A DNA stretch of 64,000 nt from positions 4,695,607 through 4,759,606 of the forward strand of contig JBNZDD010013730.1 in assembly GCA_050575255.1 (NCBI GenBank). The letters run 5' to 3'. How positions within the stretch are numbered: position 1 is the first letter of the stretch; each line of letters begins with the position of its first letter. The translations under genes and the position numbers were made by a program. This DNA comes from Harriotta raleighana. Its lineage: Eukaryota. Below, in pieces: positions 37,061 through 50,902 of the stretch. The notes beneath the pieces are model-generated. The model was not told the origin of the DNA. It did not search any database and saw nothing but the letters and a program-made list of their open reading frames with translations.

Positions 37061-38197
37061 TTAAAATCGTGCCTAACCTGCATACTGTCCTATCAAGTTT
37101 ATACAAACTCTGAATCTTAGGATGCAGAAGGCTTCATTTTTTCCACAATAAATCCAGGGAAGCAAATTCTTGCAAATATTGAATTACCAAGGGTTCTAAA
37201 GGACCTTACCATCCCAGTTCAATCACTCACCAGTATTGGATGCTGTTGTGTATGTGGAATGCAAGACTATATTTAAATCTTTCCGGTCTTGAGTATCTCT
37301 TATATTCATTTCATCTGGTGCCTGGAAATAATTTTCCCATTCACATATATCACAGTATGTGCCAAGTACTGCAGAATTGAATTCAGTACAGTAGCATTGC
37401 AAAATATTTGTATCATTCTATCACTTTTTCTGCGCTGAATATTCTCATTGCCTGTTATCATTGCATTAATATGCAACTGCATTAGCTGTTGGTATTCCAG
37501 CATTGATTTATTGTTTAGAATTCTTTTGGCTTGCTTTCAGTAAAGGATTTAGTTTGACAGATGAGCTTGCATGTATTGTGGCTGTCAGAGCATAGTGAAA
37601 TTGGATAACAGGATGTATCAAGCCAGAGTATAGAGTCGCACTGAACACGACAGTCATGTGGAAATAATTTTAAATAGCAGTCAAACAGGAAACTGGGCAT
37701 TTTACACATTCCATTCTGCATCTCTTCTTGAAGGTTCAGGATTATAAAATATTCTTAGCCAGCTAGGAGAGTGATTTTTATGTTCTAAGTATGAAATGTG
37801 AAGAGAAAGAGACCACTTTTTACCTTTTGTACTGGTATGTGGACTCTAGAGTATCACAAATTTTCTAACTACTAGTGCTAGCGGATTGAAAGTGTGCAGA
37901 TGACCTGTATGATTTTGACCTAGTAAAACTTTTATTTGTCCCAATTATTCATAGAGGTTGATACAGGATTCAAGTCTAAAGCCAAACTGCCCTGGCTGAA
38001 GGAGTGTGTGTTGGCAAAGCGAGAACGTAGGCTGTGAATTTCCTTAGCTGGATATTTATCGAGACAAATTATTATAGTAATTTGAATAATTCATCCAATA
38101 GTTGAAATTAGTTTAACCTCAGTTTACAAATCCATTTCTCTAGATCTTCTAATATATATTTAGCAACGACTGTTTTTAACTCTTGCATTTCCTTAAA

Positions 38198-38272
38198 TAT
38201 AATAATAATAATAATCCTTGCATTTGATATAGCGCTTTTCACATCTTATCAACGTCCCAAAGCGCTTCACAG
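38198..38272 (-). mobile_element. SINE 3' tail fragment
   Basis: (TAA)n tccttgcatttgatatagcgcttttcacatcttatcaacgtcccaaagcgcttcacaga, nearly identical to 17001-17080. Confidence 0.85.
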
Positions 38273-39274
38273 AGCGCTTAAATGAGCTCTGAAAACTCTT
38301 ACTAGCTTGAGCCCTTGCCAACTGACTATTCTCAAGATAATACAAAGTTATTAGTCTTGACCCTATTCTCATTAGGTTGATTTTGGATAGCTTGTGGCAC
38401 GTTATGTGTTGGAGACCTAATTGTAACCAGCATAGCAGATTTCAATGCAGGAAAGGTGAGTGAAATAAATACTTTAGATACACTGAAATATAACCAATAT
38501 AACTGCTATAAATCTTAAATGAAAAGTATTAAATACTAAAGTAACCTTAGTTTTGTTTGAGTAAAATGAGATATGTAGGTTGAGTATGAGTTATTTTCAT
38601 AAATGATGATTTCAAATTTTCACCTTTTGCCGTGTAGATATAGTTTGCAGGCAGCAGGCAAATTCTACAGACCAGCAATAGTATAGAAACTGTTAACCAG
38701 TTATTTCTTCTGCCAAAAGAAAGCATTAAACATTTAACGGATTAAACGTTTCTGCCATTTTATATGGTCAATTAATTTAAATGATTTACTGACTTGAAAT
38801 AAGACAGCAGAGTGGAAATGATGTGGATTGAGTAAATTTGGATTCAGTCCAAATGTTTAAAAAGCTTTAGGTTTCACACCCTATCAGTTCAGATAGAGGT
38901 TAGAAATGTTGATATTGAAAGCTTTGTAATGTTGCCACAATCCATTACTCCCATGATGTCCATTTGTGTGATATACAAGTGTGTCACACTATACTGAGTC
39001 TCTTGGGAATACATTGTGTTCTTACTGCATTTTACCCTTTTGTTGGGATTTCAAGCATGGCATGAAAAAGTGGGACGTTTGGTACAGTTTAGATCTAGGT
39101 CAGGAAACCTAATGGCATTGGGCTTCTTTTGCACAAATTTGTTCCCCATTTATAATGTACCTATTTATTTTGTTCTCTGGAACTCTCCCGAAATCTTTAG
39201 ATTGAATAACAACTGATTTGTTTATTTGATAACAACTTTTAAGAGAGAAGTAGATAATTATTTTGGGAGGACAA

Positions 39275-39400
39275 GTTTTCAGGCCTATGGCCTGAAAGTG
39301 AATGGTGGGGTTGGGATTTATTTGGATAGCTCTTTTCAAAGAGCTGGCGCAGACTGTATGGGCTGTATAACCTCCTGTGCTGTATAATTCTATGATTCTT
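39275..39400 (+). mobile_element. CR1-like 3' UTR fragment
   Basis: gctcttttcaaagagctggcgcagactgtatgggctgtataacctcctgtgctgtataattctatgattct: CR1-type stem and ATTCTATG tail. Confidence 0.7.
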
Positions 39401-42400
39401 TGGAACTCTCCAGCTCCGTTTTATGACCTTCAAAACACTGACTTCAAAGTTAAGTCTGTATTCAACAATTTGCCAAATTCTGGCCCCTCTAAAATGCTGC
39501 AAAAATAGAGTAAATCTAGACCCACGTGGAATTTCTCCAAACTTTCTTCACACAGATGTTCAAACCACACGGTGAATGAGGGTATTGTTCTGATAGAGAG
39601 AAAATTGTGAAAAAATAAACACGTGCACACCAGTCTGAGAAGGCTATGGATGTAATTAATAGATATTCATTCACCCGATGACTTGTTTGTTTTCTGTACT
39701 CATCGGGATGAGTGATATTGCAAGACGTGAAACACTCATTTCTACTTTCACACCAATATCACCAACAGGCTCACCTGGGCCAGAACCAGAGTTGGCTCCA
39801 ACTCTATTCCCACAGCAAGCATTATCCCCAACTTCCTTTGTAGTACAAGTGCTAATTGTTTTTCATTTCACATGCATTATTCCAATCTCTAAGTGAGATA
39901 GCATACTTGTACTAAATTACAGCCAGTTTTGTACCGTGAACTTAAGTCGCTAAATTTTGGATTGAACTGTCGAAACACAATGGCACTCCATGGCTGGCAG
40001 AATAAAATGACATGCATCCCATCAGTCAGGGGTAGCCTGGAGTTGAGACTAGGGGTGACTAAACAATGTCCCTTCTTGAACAATGTAATTGCAGATATAC
40101 AAAATCTCAGGTTGGATATGAATTTAGGGTTGAATAAAATTTGAGACTGTTTCTATTTTCTCCTTTCTTTTCTCTTGAACCTCCCTGTCTGGAGATTTTT
40201 GAGAGCAGGGAGTCAACTGTGAACAATTGCTTACCATGTGAATAACTTCCAAAATGCTTCATTGGATTTTCACTGAAGTTCTTAGAAGTAACTTCCTTCA
40301 CTCACTTTTTTAATAAAATGACCCTGCTGGGGATCTTAGACACTATGTGTGATCCAAATCACCAGTTTAATCTTTAAAGCTTGATGAAGTTTAAATTCAG
40401 ATCTAAAGTTCACCTCATTAGACACTCTGTGGTCGTCTTTCTCAAATTACTGAGCAACTTTAAAGTACATGTTGATAATGACTAGCTTACTGCCCCATTA
40501 CTTACAAATGCTGTCCTCAAATTCATCGGCACTTCATCTTCTCTTTTGCTGCTGGATTTATTTTAGAAATTTTGCACATTATGTATCTATTATTTATCTA
40601 TCTAAGCGCTCTGAGATGCCGTCCGGCGTGGAGGGTGCTATATAAATCAAACTTGTTGTACTTGCTTACTTGCATTTTACTGGCATAAAATAAACCTGAT
40701 GAAAGGTAATATTCCCAAACTTCAGAAAATATTAAGTGGCCTATTTTTTTCAATGAATTCTGGGAATGGAAGATCTGTTGCACCTTCTATCCACCTACGT
40801 CCTTTCAAAACTCTCAGAGGGTTTTGTTTATTTTGGCACCATTTCAGGTATTTGGTGTAGATATCGTACTGTAGTCTGCTGTTGGATAAAATTCCTTGCA
40901 GTTAACCATGCAAGGAAGAACTCAAGTGACCATGTCGAGCAAAGAAAATTTGGCTGATACATGAAGTAGGAATTCTTCCATTGGAATGGTGGAAGCATCT
41001 GCATGGGTGATGTTGTATAGACATCAGCTGGCAAACCTGAAGCAGCTGTCCTTAACATCAGAGTGGAGACCAAGTATTAGCAGGCTATAAAAGACATCAT
41101 AGATTCACAAAACTACTGACTCCATTTAGATGACAGTCAGAGATTTGGATGCAGATACTTGAAGTTGTGGGAGGAAAGGGGGTGTATTTGGACTTGTTCA
41201 TGTAGGCCACGCTGTAGGGTGTACTTAACCTCCAGCATTTTGGATTGGTCTGGCTTCTGTCCAGCATGTCACCAGGTCACTCCCTTCCAATGAGGTTGTC
41301 ATCACCGAGAATGAAAGTTAAGCCGTACAGATCTGGATCACTGGTCTGAGATCAAATGACTGATTATAAATGAGATGCCAGTTAAAGGCAAATCAGTTGG
41401 TTCTTGTACTTCTGGGCTATGATGGTTAAAATCATACAGGGTAATCACTTTGAATCTTTATCTAATGACACTGACTGAAAAACATCCTTGTGTAGACTGA
41501 GTTGGTTTGGCTGATCAATGCCTTTGAGTGGGTGGAAGGACCTAGTGCTACATATAAATAGCTCAGGCTTCTTTTGGAAGCTGCATTGCAATGCATTCCA
41601 TTGTATGTCCTTTTCTTTGCTTTCAAGTATCTGCCAGGAAATGAAAGATTAATTTTGTGTGGTCTTAAAATGGCATGAGTTCTTAATGAATGCTGTAAGC
41701 CAGTCCTGCTAATGGGATTGCTCTGTGATTTACAGTACAAGGAATGGTATTGTCTGAATTTATCAGATGTCCCATTTTTAATTGTTTCTTTACAGAGACA
41801 CAGAACAAGCAACTGGACTAGAGGACTTTCACTGTTCATAAATGTGTGTTATTCTCGCATAGAGATGCAGAACACTACAAAGCCTCTACCTTTGTTTTCT
41901 TTAAAATCAGCCTTCTTTAATATGGTTTTAACTTCTGCTGAAATTCTACTTACATAATTGTCAGTGTCCTATTTAGGCATTCCCTGACTGGCTGTCAACC
42001 ATATCATCCTCTTGCTGAATTTTACTTCCCACACAAACTGGCTACAGTTCGTATTCTCCAGCCAAATTAATTTAATTAATGAAATAAGTCACAATTTACA
42101 CATGCTGATTTGAAAATTCTAATTTACAATTCTTTACAGTGTTTAAAATAAACTTGGCATTGTCCTGCAAGTGGCTAGCTTCACAGCAGCACCATCTCAA
42201 ATGCCACTGTGAATCCAGAACTTATTGAATAATGGAATGACACCATTCTGCAGTGATAGACATTTACAACACTTGATATACTGAAATAATGCAGATTACA
42301 TATGTACAGTCTGAATTTGTCTTGGTCTACTTCCTCATTTTAAAATTAATTCAAAGTTACAGTTTTTTTTCAGAATCTTGGTATTTTTGAAATGTCTTGG

Positions 42401-42718
42401 TATTTTATCAAATTACTGGCATTAAAAAGGTTTTTACAGTGGCTTAATTTTATCTTCTATTTTAAAGAACCAATATTTAGGCTGTGACTGTTTCTTAGCT
42501 GCATGAATGTGACAAATAAGAACTTGAATGGATGCTTGAAATAATTGAAGTATTATTTTGTATTTATAGAGCAGTGGCAATGCTTGATTTTATACAATTG
42601 TTATTGAACTTTGAAAGTTGTTTCTGAAAAAACTTGTTTAATTTAGATTTGCCATTTTGAGAGATTGAATGTACTTTATTTGAGTTGTGTTAACATTTTA
42701 TTCCTTTGGTTTTATTAG

Positions 42719-43818
42719 CTACCACTGATCCTTCCAATGGTCCTGATTGTTCAGTTGTAACAGTAGCATCAACGACACCAGAATTTTCTCCGCCTTCCAG
42801 CCCAAGCCCTTTGAAAAAGGGAAGTGCAATTAACTGGTCCTTTCCAGAAAAGATAAAATCTCCACGAACTGTGAGGAAGCTTTCAATGAAAATGAAAAAA
42901 TTGCCTGAACTCAGCCGCAAGTTGAGTGTTAAAGGGACTGCAAGCCATAACAATAATGATAATCATAACTCTTCACCCAAAGCCAGCCACGGATCTTCCT
43001 TATCTGGAAACTCAACCAATGCAGCAAGTAGGAATGTCATTAGCCGTTATCACCTGGACACGAGTGTTGTATCACAAAACGACAAGAAAAAAAGTACAGG
43101 GAACTCCAAGTCAGCCAGCAAGGGCGGGTACCTTAGTGATGGAGATTCACCAGAACTCGTAGCAAAGGCGGGTAAGCACTCTTGCGACAGTAAATCTGGA
43201 AAGGGGAACACAACTACAACCACTCATAAAACATACAGTACAGAAATTGACATTGATGCTTTCAGACATTACAGCTTTGTTGATCAACCCAAGTGCTCTC
43301 AATATATTTCAGGACTGATGAGTGTACATTTTTATGGGGCTGAGGATCTGAAGCCACCAAGGATTGATTCGCGAGATGTTTTTTGTGCCATACAAGTGGA
43401 CTCAGTCAACAAGGCCAGGACAGCCTTATTGACGTGCAGGACCACATTTCTGGACATGGACCACACATTTAATATTGAACTGGAGAATGCCCAGCATCTT
43501 AAACTTGTAGTCTTCAGCTGGGAGCCAACTCCTCGTCGGAACCGAGTCTGTTGCCATGGTACCGTTGTGCTTCCAACACTCTTCAGGGTTGCGAAGATGC
43601 ATCAATTGGCAGTGAAGCTGGAACCCAGAGGGCTGATTTATGTGAAATTGACTCTGATGGAGCAGTGGGAAAACTCATTGGACAGTCCAGATGGAGAACG
43701 GGAGCCAGTGGTGTTTGGTGTTGAGGCACGGAAAATTGTTGAGAAGGAGAATGTCGGCCTGAGGGTACCCTTGTTGATGCAGAAATGTATTGTAGAAATT
43801 GAGAAGAGAGGTTGTCAG
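42719..43818 (+). CDS. SYDE2: SYDE2 coding exon 3: C2 domain and start of RhoGAP domain
   Basis: Acceptor ttttattag|CT, phase 1. Encodes [32 protein letters not shown], the C2 domain ([18 protein letters not shown]...[13 protein letters not shown]) and VFGV...[18 protein letters not shown]. Donor CAG|gtaagg. Confidence 0.97.
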
Positions 43819-46800
43819 GTAAGGCAATGGTCCAGTTACGTTCTAATGAAAAAATGGTCCACTTTTGAGTTTTTCATATGTGTTGCACAGCTTGCAAATG
43901 CAATTGCAATTTTACAGATTATTTGATATGGGTCCTATAACAAAATCATGGGCTTCAAGAATATGTGCATATCCTACATGTTGGTTTACTCCAAACTGTG
44001 GAAAGGAGTAATAATTTAGCACTAAAGAAAGTATTTGCAAAACTTACACATAGAGCAAAGTGTGTTTTCACATTTAGCTGATTTTTTTTTTGGTGTGGGG
44101 GGTGGGGAGGAAGGGATTTTGCTGGATTCTTGCCCTAATGGTATGATATGATCTTCCAGTAAATCTGTTTTTTCCTTATATAGAAAATGAGAAATGGTGA
44201 GTGCACAAAGATAGGATTGCTGAAATGAGTATTTGTCCTTGGGAATATGGCATCTGTATTCTGTTCAACAAGGGAAAATGGAGCCATTCATGTCATTATA
44301 CCAGTCATCTATGTGCCAGTATTTGAAAGAATAAAGATACTGTGTTAGTTGGAAGAAATGAAGCACAAACAAATGTTTCGTTCATTAGTAACTAAAGATA
44401 TGAAATAAATTTTCTAATGATATTCAGCATTGGCTTCTGAGTAGCGTGGCCTTAGATTAATGATTTAAAAGTATTTTTTTAGCCAGTGCAGGGTGCTAGT
44501 GTGTAGTTTGTCACCTGCACTGATGACAAACTATTAGTAATATGCCATGCTATGTATATAATCATTTTAATTAAGGGTTACAGCCTAATACAACTATACT
44601 GTGGACATTGCCTTACTGTACAGCTGTTTTTTTCTGGGCAGGTAAGTGAGAATTGTATAAAATACTGTGGCCCTAAACTGATGCTATTTCAGCATTTTGT
44701 GTTTGGTGCAAAATCACTTGGTGTTAATTATCTTGCATCACTTCTGTTTTATGTGATGTAAATACAGGATTAACTCTTTAAAACCTTGTAGCTTTGTAGT
44801 GTAGAAAAACATTGGCTTTTCTTACATTTTCACCAGGCATGTGAGACCATTGAGTACATCTTGCATATATGTGTTTAAATGCATGTGCCTGAAGCTTTGC
44901 TTTACCTTTGAATATATTGCAATGGGAGAAGTTTGTATTAACCTTAGGGGATGTTCATTTCTACTGCTGCTAAAGCATGTGTCTGATTCAAGTGGTGCCT
45001 TTGGTGTAACCAGAACATAATCCTTAGATATTTGGTGCAGAGAAAGTGACACACCCAAACCTTTTCTTTTAACAAGCAGAAAGTATTTATGTTGTGAAAG
45101 AATGTTAAAACAGTGTTGTGAAATCTATTTTTCTGATAAGATTGTAAATGTTTCATGGCTTACACGTGACATTGTTAGTCTATCCATGATAATAATACAG
45201 TATGTACAAAAATGGATAATAATATCCATGGCAATAGTTTCTTTTCTGTGTATTGCTTAATTGGTTCCACATCAATAAATCCTTTTCTGTTGCTTCCCAC
45301 GTAGTTATAACTAAATAAGGCAGCTTTGTAGCAGAACAGTGTTGGTTTCCCTAATTGAAGGTGACATGGGTTGCAGCAAAGGTACAAGGGCCGAACACAG
45401 CTCTGGCTTTAGTGATGTTACAGGATCTTTAGGAAAATAGTGATTAGATAAGGTGCCCAAGAAAAAACACATCCGTGTTGATTTTTGTTGAGGCTATCAA
45501 CACGGAAAGTGCAGACTGGGAACTCGAGCATCATTGACATTCCCCTACCTCCAAACCAGGAGTGAAACACTTTTGCTTGATGGAATGCAGCACGGCAGAC
45601 GATTGTGAGCACTATTTTGATCTTTGGATTATAAAAGTAATCTTGATTTATTTTTGCTGCTTATAATCTTGTTTTGTGGGGATACTGAACATTGCTAAGC
45701 TCTTTATCTCACTGAATCCATTTGGTATGAGTCTGATTGGTTAATCATTTAAAATCTTTTCTGGTGTAATTAATATCAGAGTTCATCCTACAATTGTGTA
45801 ACTATAATTTCTAAAGTACCCATTCCATACTGTTTCATTAGTCAGTTGGCCATGTCATTGCTGTGAAATAAATGGTGATGCTAGATGTTGGCTAAATAAC
45901 TGCTGTACACTTATCAGTATCTGACATGCATCCGTGACCTCTCTAAAATCTTGTGATCGGGTTTGGCTATTCTGAGACCAAATGGCTGATTAGATTTGAG
46001 ACATTCGCTTAAGGAGTCTTTTCTTATCACAGCATTTTCCACATTAAAATCTCAGAGCAACAAATCATTTTTAAAAAGGTAGAGGCCATCTTTGGGATGG
46101 TTGGGTGAAAATTCAGTGAGCTACACATCTGGCAATATATTTACCCTATGCTCTCCAAACCTGTAATTGACATGTCAAAAAATTATTATTTGAGATACAA
46201 ATGTCCTTCCTGAATAACATTCGTCACAGTACATAATGTTATTATGAAAATAATCAGCAATATCAAATCAGTCAACTTGACTTTTAGTAGCAATAAATAC
46301 CAAATAAATACTTGATTGAGAGGTGCTTAAAGTTCCCAACTTTGCGGAGCAGAACATTTGGATGACTTGTGAATCTTGTTTTTCTCCCTTTCATTCTTCA
46401 TGTGTTGGTTTTGGCCAACTTCCATATGTTGGTTTATTGCTTGATCTTCTTGTAAGAGGATCAGGGACAGTCTGCTAAGGCATGGTCTCGTTGATGATGA
46501 AGAGTTTCCTGGAAATGAAGTGGTTGAGATTTTATTTATGATCCTTGACTGAGAGTAAATTGGAGGTTAAGGCTGAACAACACAAATTTGAATCAAGATC
46601 ATCTTGTACATCATAGAAAAGTTTAAACGATACTCTGCTCAGTAGTGATAATGTCAAACTATTCCTTTTTAAAATAATAAAATTAATTATGGTTGTGTAA
46701 TCCAAACATTTATCAAATGTAGTACATCTTTGCAATACAAGAAGTTTTGCAGTTTCAATTCAGTTGGTGAGAGCTGATTTTTTTGAGTTTGAAAGTATCG

Positions 46801-47222
46801 AAATGGTCCCAAATTTTTGTTTCGAAAATGTATGGCAAAATAAGCACAAAAAAATTATTTAACCACTATATCCTCTTTTATGCTAAATAAATAATCAATG
46901 ACAAAGCGCTTCAACAGCCAATCAGTGGCATGCAAGGAAATCTCCGAAAATATTTTTTCTCTTTATCCACTCTTTTAAAAAAAAGTGTCACAAACTAACT
47001 TCTGTGAATTCTGGGTTGATAACATTAATTAGAAACGAAGTGTTACTGAGGCCAATGTGGTAGCTAATTTACACCTGCAATATTTTGAACCTCCTCAATC
47101 TTCTTCCCTTTCCCCACCTCACCCCTCTATTGACAATTTGCTGGCTAAGCAGAGGTATTTATTAATCCATGTGTCCGTTTCTCTCCATAATAGTAGTTTA
47201 CATATTGTGACTCTATTCCCAG

Positions 47223-47349
47223 GTGGTGGGCTTATATCGTCTTTGTGGCTCTGCTGCAGTTAAGAAAGAACTTCGAGAAGCTTTTGAACGTGACAGCAAA
47301 GCAGTGGGCATATCGGAAAACCTGTACCCGGATATCAATGTCATTACAG
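47223..47349 (+). CDS. SYDE2: SYDE2 coding exon 4: RhoGAP arginine-finger segment
   Basis: Acceptor ttcccag|GTG. Translates [43 protein letters not shown], with the catalytic Arg codon CGT at 47238-47240. Donor ACAG|gtaaat. 127 nt, phase 0 to 1. Not present in the ORF track. Confidence 0.97.
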
Positions 47350-50300
47350 GTAAATATGGAATAGGTTTCGTGCTCTCATGTGATTCTCATGTTTAGATAA
47401 CATCTATGATCTTTGAGATCTCTTCAGTGGAAAAATAAGATGAGCTCCTCTAATCCCTTAGCTCATGACTTCATGCTAAATATCCGGTGTTAGTCCTAAT
47501 TACTGAATTGTTAATACTCTTATTCAGTTTAACGCAAGACTGAAATTTCAATCTATTTTTCTGAATAATGCTTAAAACCCGTGGATTAAGTAATTTTGTT
47601 TTACTGGAGTCTTGCTTTATTCCTATCTGCAATTAGTTAGAATTTGTTTATTAACAATCGACTGAATAAATCTATTGTTAAAAGCTGGCTGGCACCCTGG
47701 CAACAACATTCACGTGGCTCCAGTATCACCTAACTGTTGTAGCTTGTAGTAGCTTGTGAAACAGTGGCACTGATGAAGCAGCTTCTAAATACATGTAAAA
47801 AATTTCCATTACCAGCTTTACACAAACAAAACACTTAAAATTGTCTTCAGTTGTGACATGTCAATGCTTTGAAAATGCAGAATTATGAGAAATACTGACT
47901 TCGGTATTGAATTAAATATGCACAAACACTTATAGTTGTTTGCAGTGCTTTAACAATAACAACTTGCATTTATATAGCACTATCCACGTCAGGTAGCAGC
48001 TCAGAGTGCCTATCAAAATTCAATAAAAACTGATTGGCAAGTAAAATTTGCATTTAAATTTTAACTTAAATTTCTTTCAACAGCTCCTCTCCACTTAAGG
48101 ATTAAAAAACTGCTTCAAATCATTGGAGTTGAAAAGTTGGTAATCAGATTACAGAATTGTTCAGAGCATACCTTTCAACCATCCAGCAAGGTTGTGAAAA
48201 TTTAGCAGCATTGTTTGGTTAGAATACAGAAAAGGTGTATTGTACAGGCAGTTTACCATCTGATCCGATGAAGTAGTGGGTATCTAGTATTCAGTGTTAC
48301 ACTGATATAGTGTTACAGGGATATGGTGCAAAGAAGGCACAGCCATTACATTTGACAGCTGCCTTTGATTAGTGAAATAGTGCAAGGTTCATGGAACTCT
48401 GAAGAAAGGAAATCAGTGGAGAAAATGCTTTTTTTAAATATATAATACTTTGCACTTCCTAGAGGCAGAAATATAGTGGGGATTGTGTCATTTTGTAGAA
48501 ATCTTTTACAGGCTGTGCTTGGTGAACTAAACATCAAGTTAAGAACAGCAAACCTCCACCAGAAGAATGACTGAATCAAAGATTAAGAATGTGGTTCAAG
48601 GCGTAACCACCAATTTCTGAAGTTACCATATGCCAATAATATTGTAATCTGAATATTAGTAAATTAGACCATGTTAATATTTATACACACTTTCCCATAA
48701 GAGTAATACAAATAGTGGATGGTATAAAGTGAATCATTCAAATTGAAACTCTACAAATAAATATTAATCCATAAAAAAAACTCCACCAATGTCTGAACAC
48801 CATCAATCCAAAATATTAGTTTTTATTGAAGACTTACTCAGATGGTGTTCGAAATGGATGGAATTGAAGCCAAACCAATAAAAAGCTGCAAGACACAAAA
48901 TTCTATACTTAAACTTTTTTGTACTATATAAGAACACTGATGCATTCATTAAATTCCTCATTTAAACAAATGACCAAGAATGGAATAGTGTAGATAGCCC
49001 TCCATTTTCATTTGTGAAGCTTGGTACAAGACATTGGACTAAGTAATTACATTTAGAATGAGGATGAAAATGCAACATTGCAAATGCAGCCCCTGGTGAA
49101 CCCTCTGCCCTCCAGTCTGACATTTTCATCCAAAACAGATTGCTTTTTCTGTGAGCACCGTTTAGAATTGTAGGGCAGAGGGTTAATCCTCTCAATCATT
49201 TAGTTTTTTTTCTTTTAGTTTACTTGACACTTTGAAGCTTATTTCCTGGTGTGCACTAGCCTTGCAGGAGGACTGCAGTGTGAAATTTACATTATTCAAA
49301 GTTCATCAGTAAGAAGAAATGTTAAATTACACAGAAACAACAGTAACTTAATACGAAAGGTCAGGATCATTGCAGAGTTTCAAGATGAACAGAATTTAGT
49401 GTAGAGTGAACTGATGCTTTGTCGATATTTCATCAAGTATTGTTCAGCTGCTATTTTAGTTTAATATTAGCTCAGTGTAGATCAAAATATAGAAGTTGCT
49501 GTCTGCAGCCATATTTCTGGAGATTTTGCTTGGAATTTTTTCTGATCTCTAATTGTGCACAATTGCAAGACATAAGTGTTCAGTTAATAATTTGACATGA
49601 GTTGACAGTATAACAGTTAAACTTTATGTGCTATGCTCCTTTATGTGATCTAGATTGAGCATAAGTGAAAATTCACTAAAAAATAAGCACAGGAAAGAGT
49701 TATCCAGCATTTTAGTGCTACCTAAACTGTTGAAGCTGTTCATTAGTTCAGGTGAACTTGCATTCACCCTGCAAATGTGCTTTTGTTTGGTAAATGGCTG
49801 CTTGAGTGACAAGGTTAATCTGTTCACGAAGCTATCGTTAGCCTTGCATGTGTGTTATGTAGTTATTTAAAAATAACATGGTTTGCATGTCATCTCAGCA
49901 TCTATAATGAAATCCTGTTAAGAAAAAAACCGTAACACCGAATATTGGCGCCGGTCGTACACTTAGCTAGACGGGGCATAGTTCAGGTAATTGACCTTCT
50001 AAATGTCTGACCCCTGGGGTACTTGAAAGTCTGTGACCCTGGAATGTGAGTCTATATCATTAAACACAAGACTAATTAAAGCTGGCAGACAGCAGGAGCG
50101 CTGGTAACTGAAAGTTAACTGTTGTCTCGAGAATAGTACTGTTCATCCTTCTGTGGACTCTTAAATATTTTCACTATTTCAGATGATTTCAGAGAACTAT
50201 AGCCCATCACAGTGGCACTTCTTATTCATATTCTGCCATTAGCAATGAAAATTTGCAACCCAGGCATTCTATTTCTGATCAGAGTGGCCTCTAGATGGGG

Positions 50301-50509
50301 AGGGGGTAAAGAATTTCAATAATCTCTACTTGTCCTGCTTTTGTGATTAGTTTGCGGAACGCTTTGTCCTTTTTGGTGTTGCCTGGATTTACCTATTCTG
50401 TTACTTTGATACAGGATGTTAAGGCACCATTCCCTTTACAGAAAGAACGTCCAAGCTATTAAATGGATTTAGTGTATGGGATGATCCCAGTCATAAAGTT
50501 TCAGAGTTC

Positions 50510-50902
50510 TGGACCAGGAGAGGTTAAGATTATTAGAAGTCTTCAACATTTTGAAAGGTGTTAAGAGGATAACTAATGAAGTGTTGCTAGAATGCTAGAT
50601 GGTAAATCAGAAACTAGGGGACATAAATTCAGAATTGTTGTTGAATGAGATAAGGGGAAAGTTAGAACAAAGACAAGTGATAGTTTGCCACAAGTAGCTA
50701 TTGAGACAGACCATAACCAGATTTAATAGAGAATTGGATGAACATTTGACAAACAACAAAGCAGTGTATGTGGATAGAATTGGGATTAGAGTAGTTGGCT
50801 CTGTTGAAAGAGCTAGGATTGCACATGCTCGAAGAGACTAATAGTCTCCTTCTGTGCTGTAATCTGATTCTATTTTTTGTGATTCTATTGTTCTGATTCT
50901 AT
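50510..50902 (+). mobile_element. CR1-like LINE 3' end
   Basis: ttagaagtcttcaacattttgaaagg (EVFNILKG), actaggggacataaattc (TRGHKF), and 3' end ctccttctgtgctgtaa followed by GATTCTAT repeats. Confidence 0.75.
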
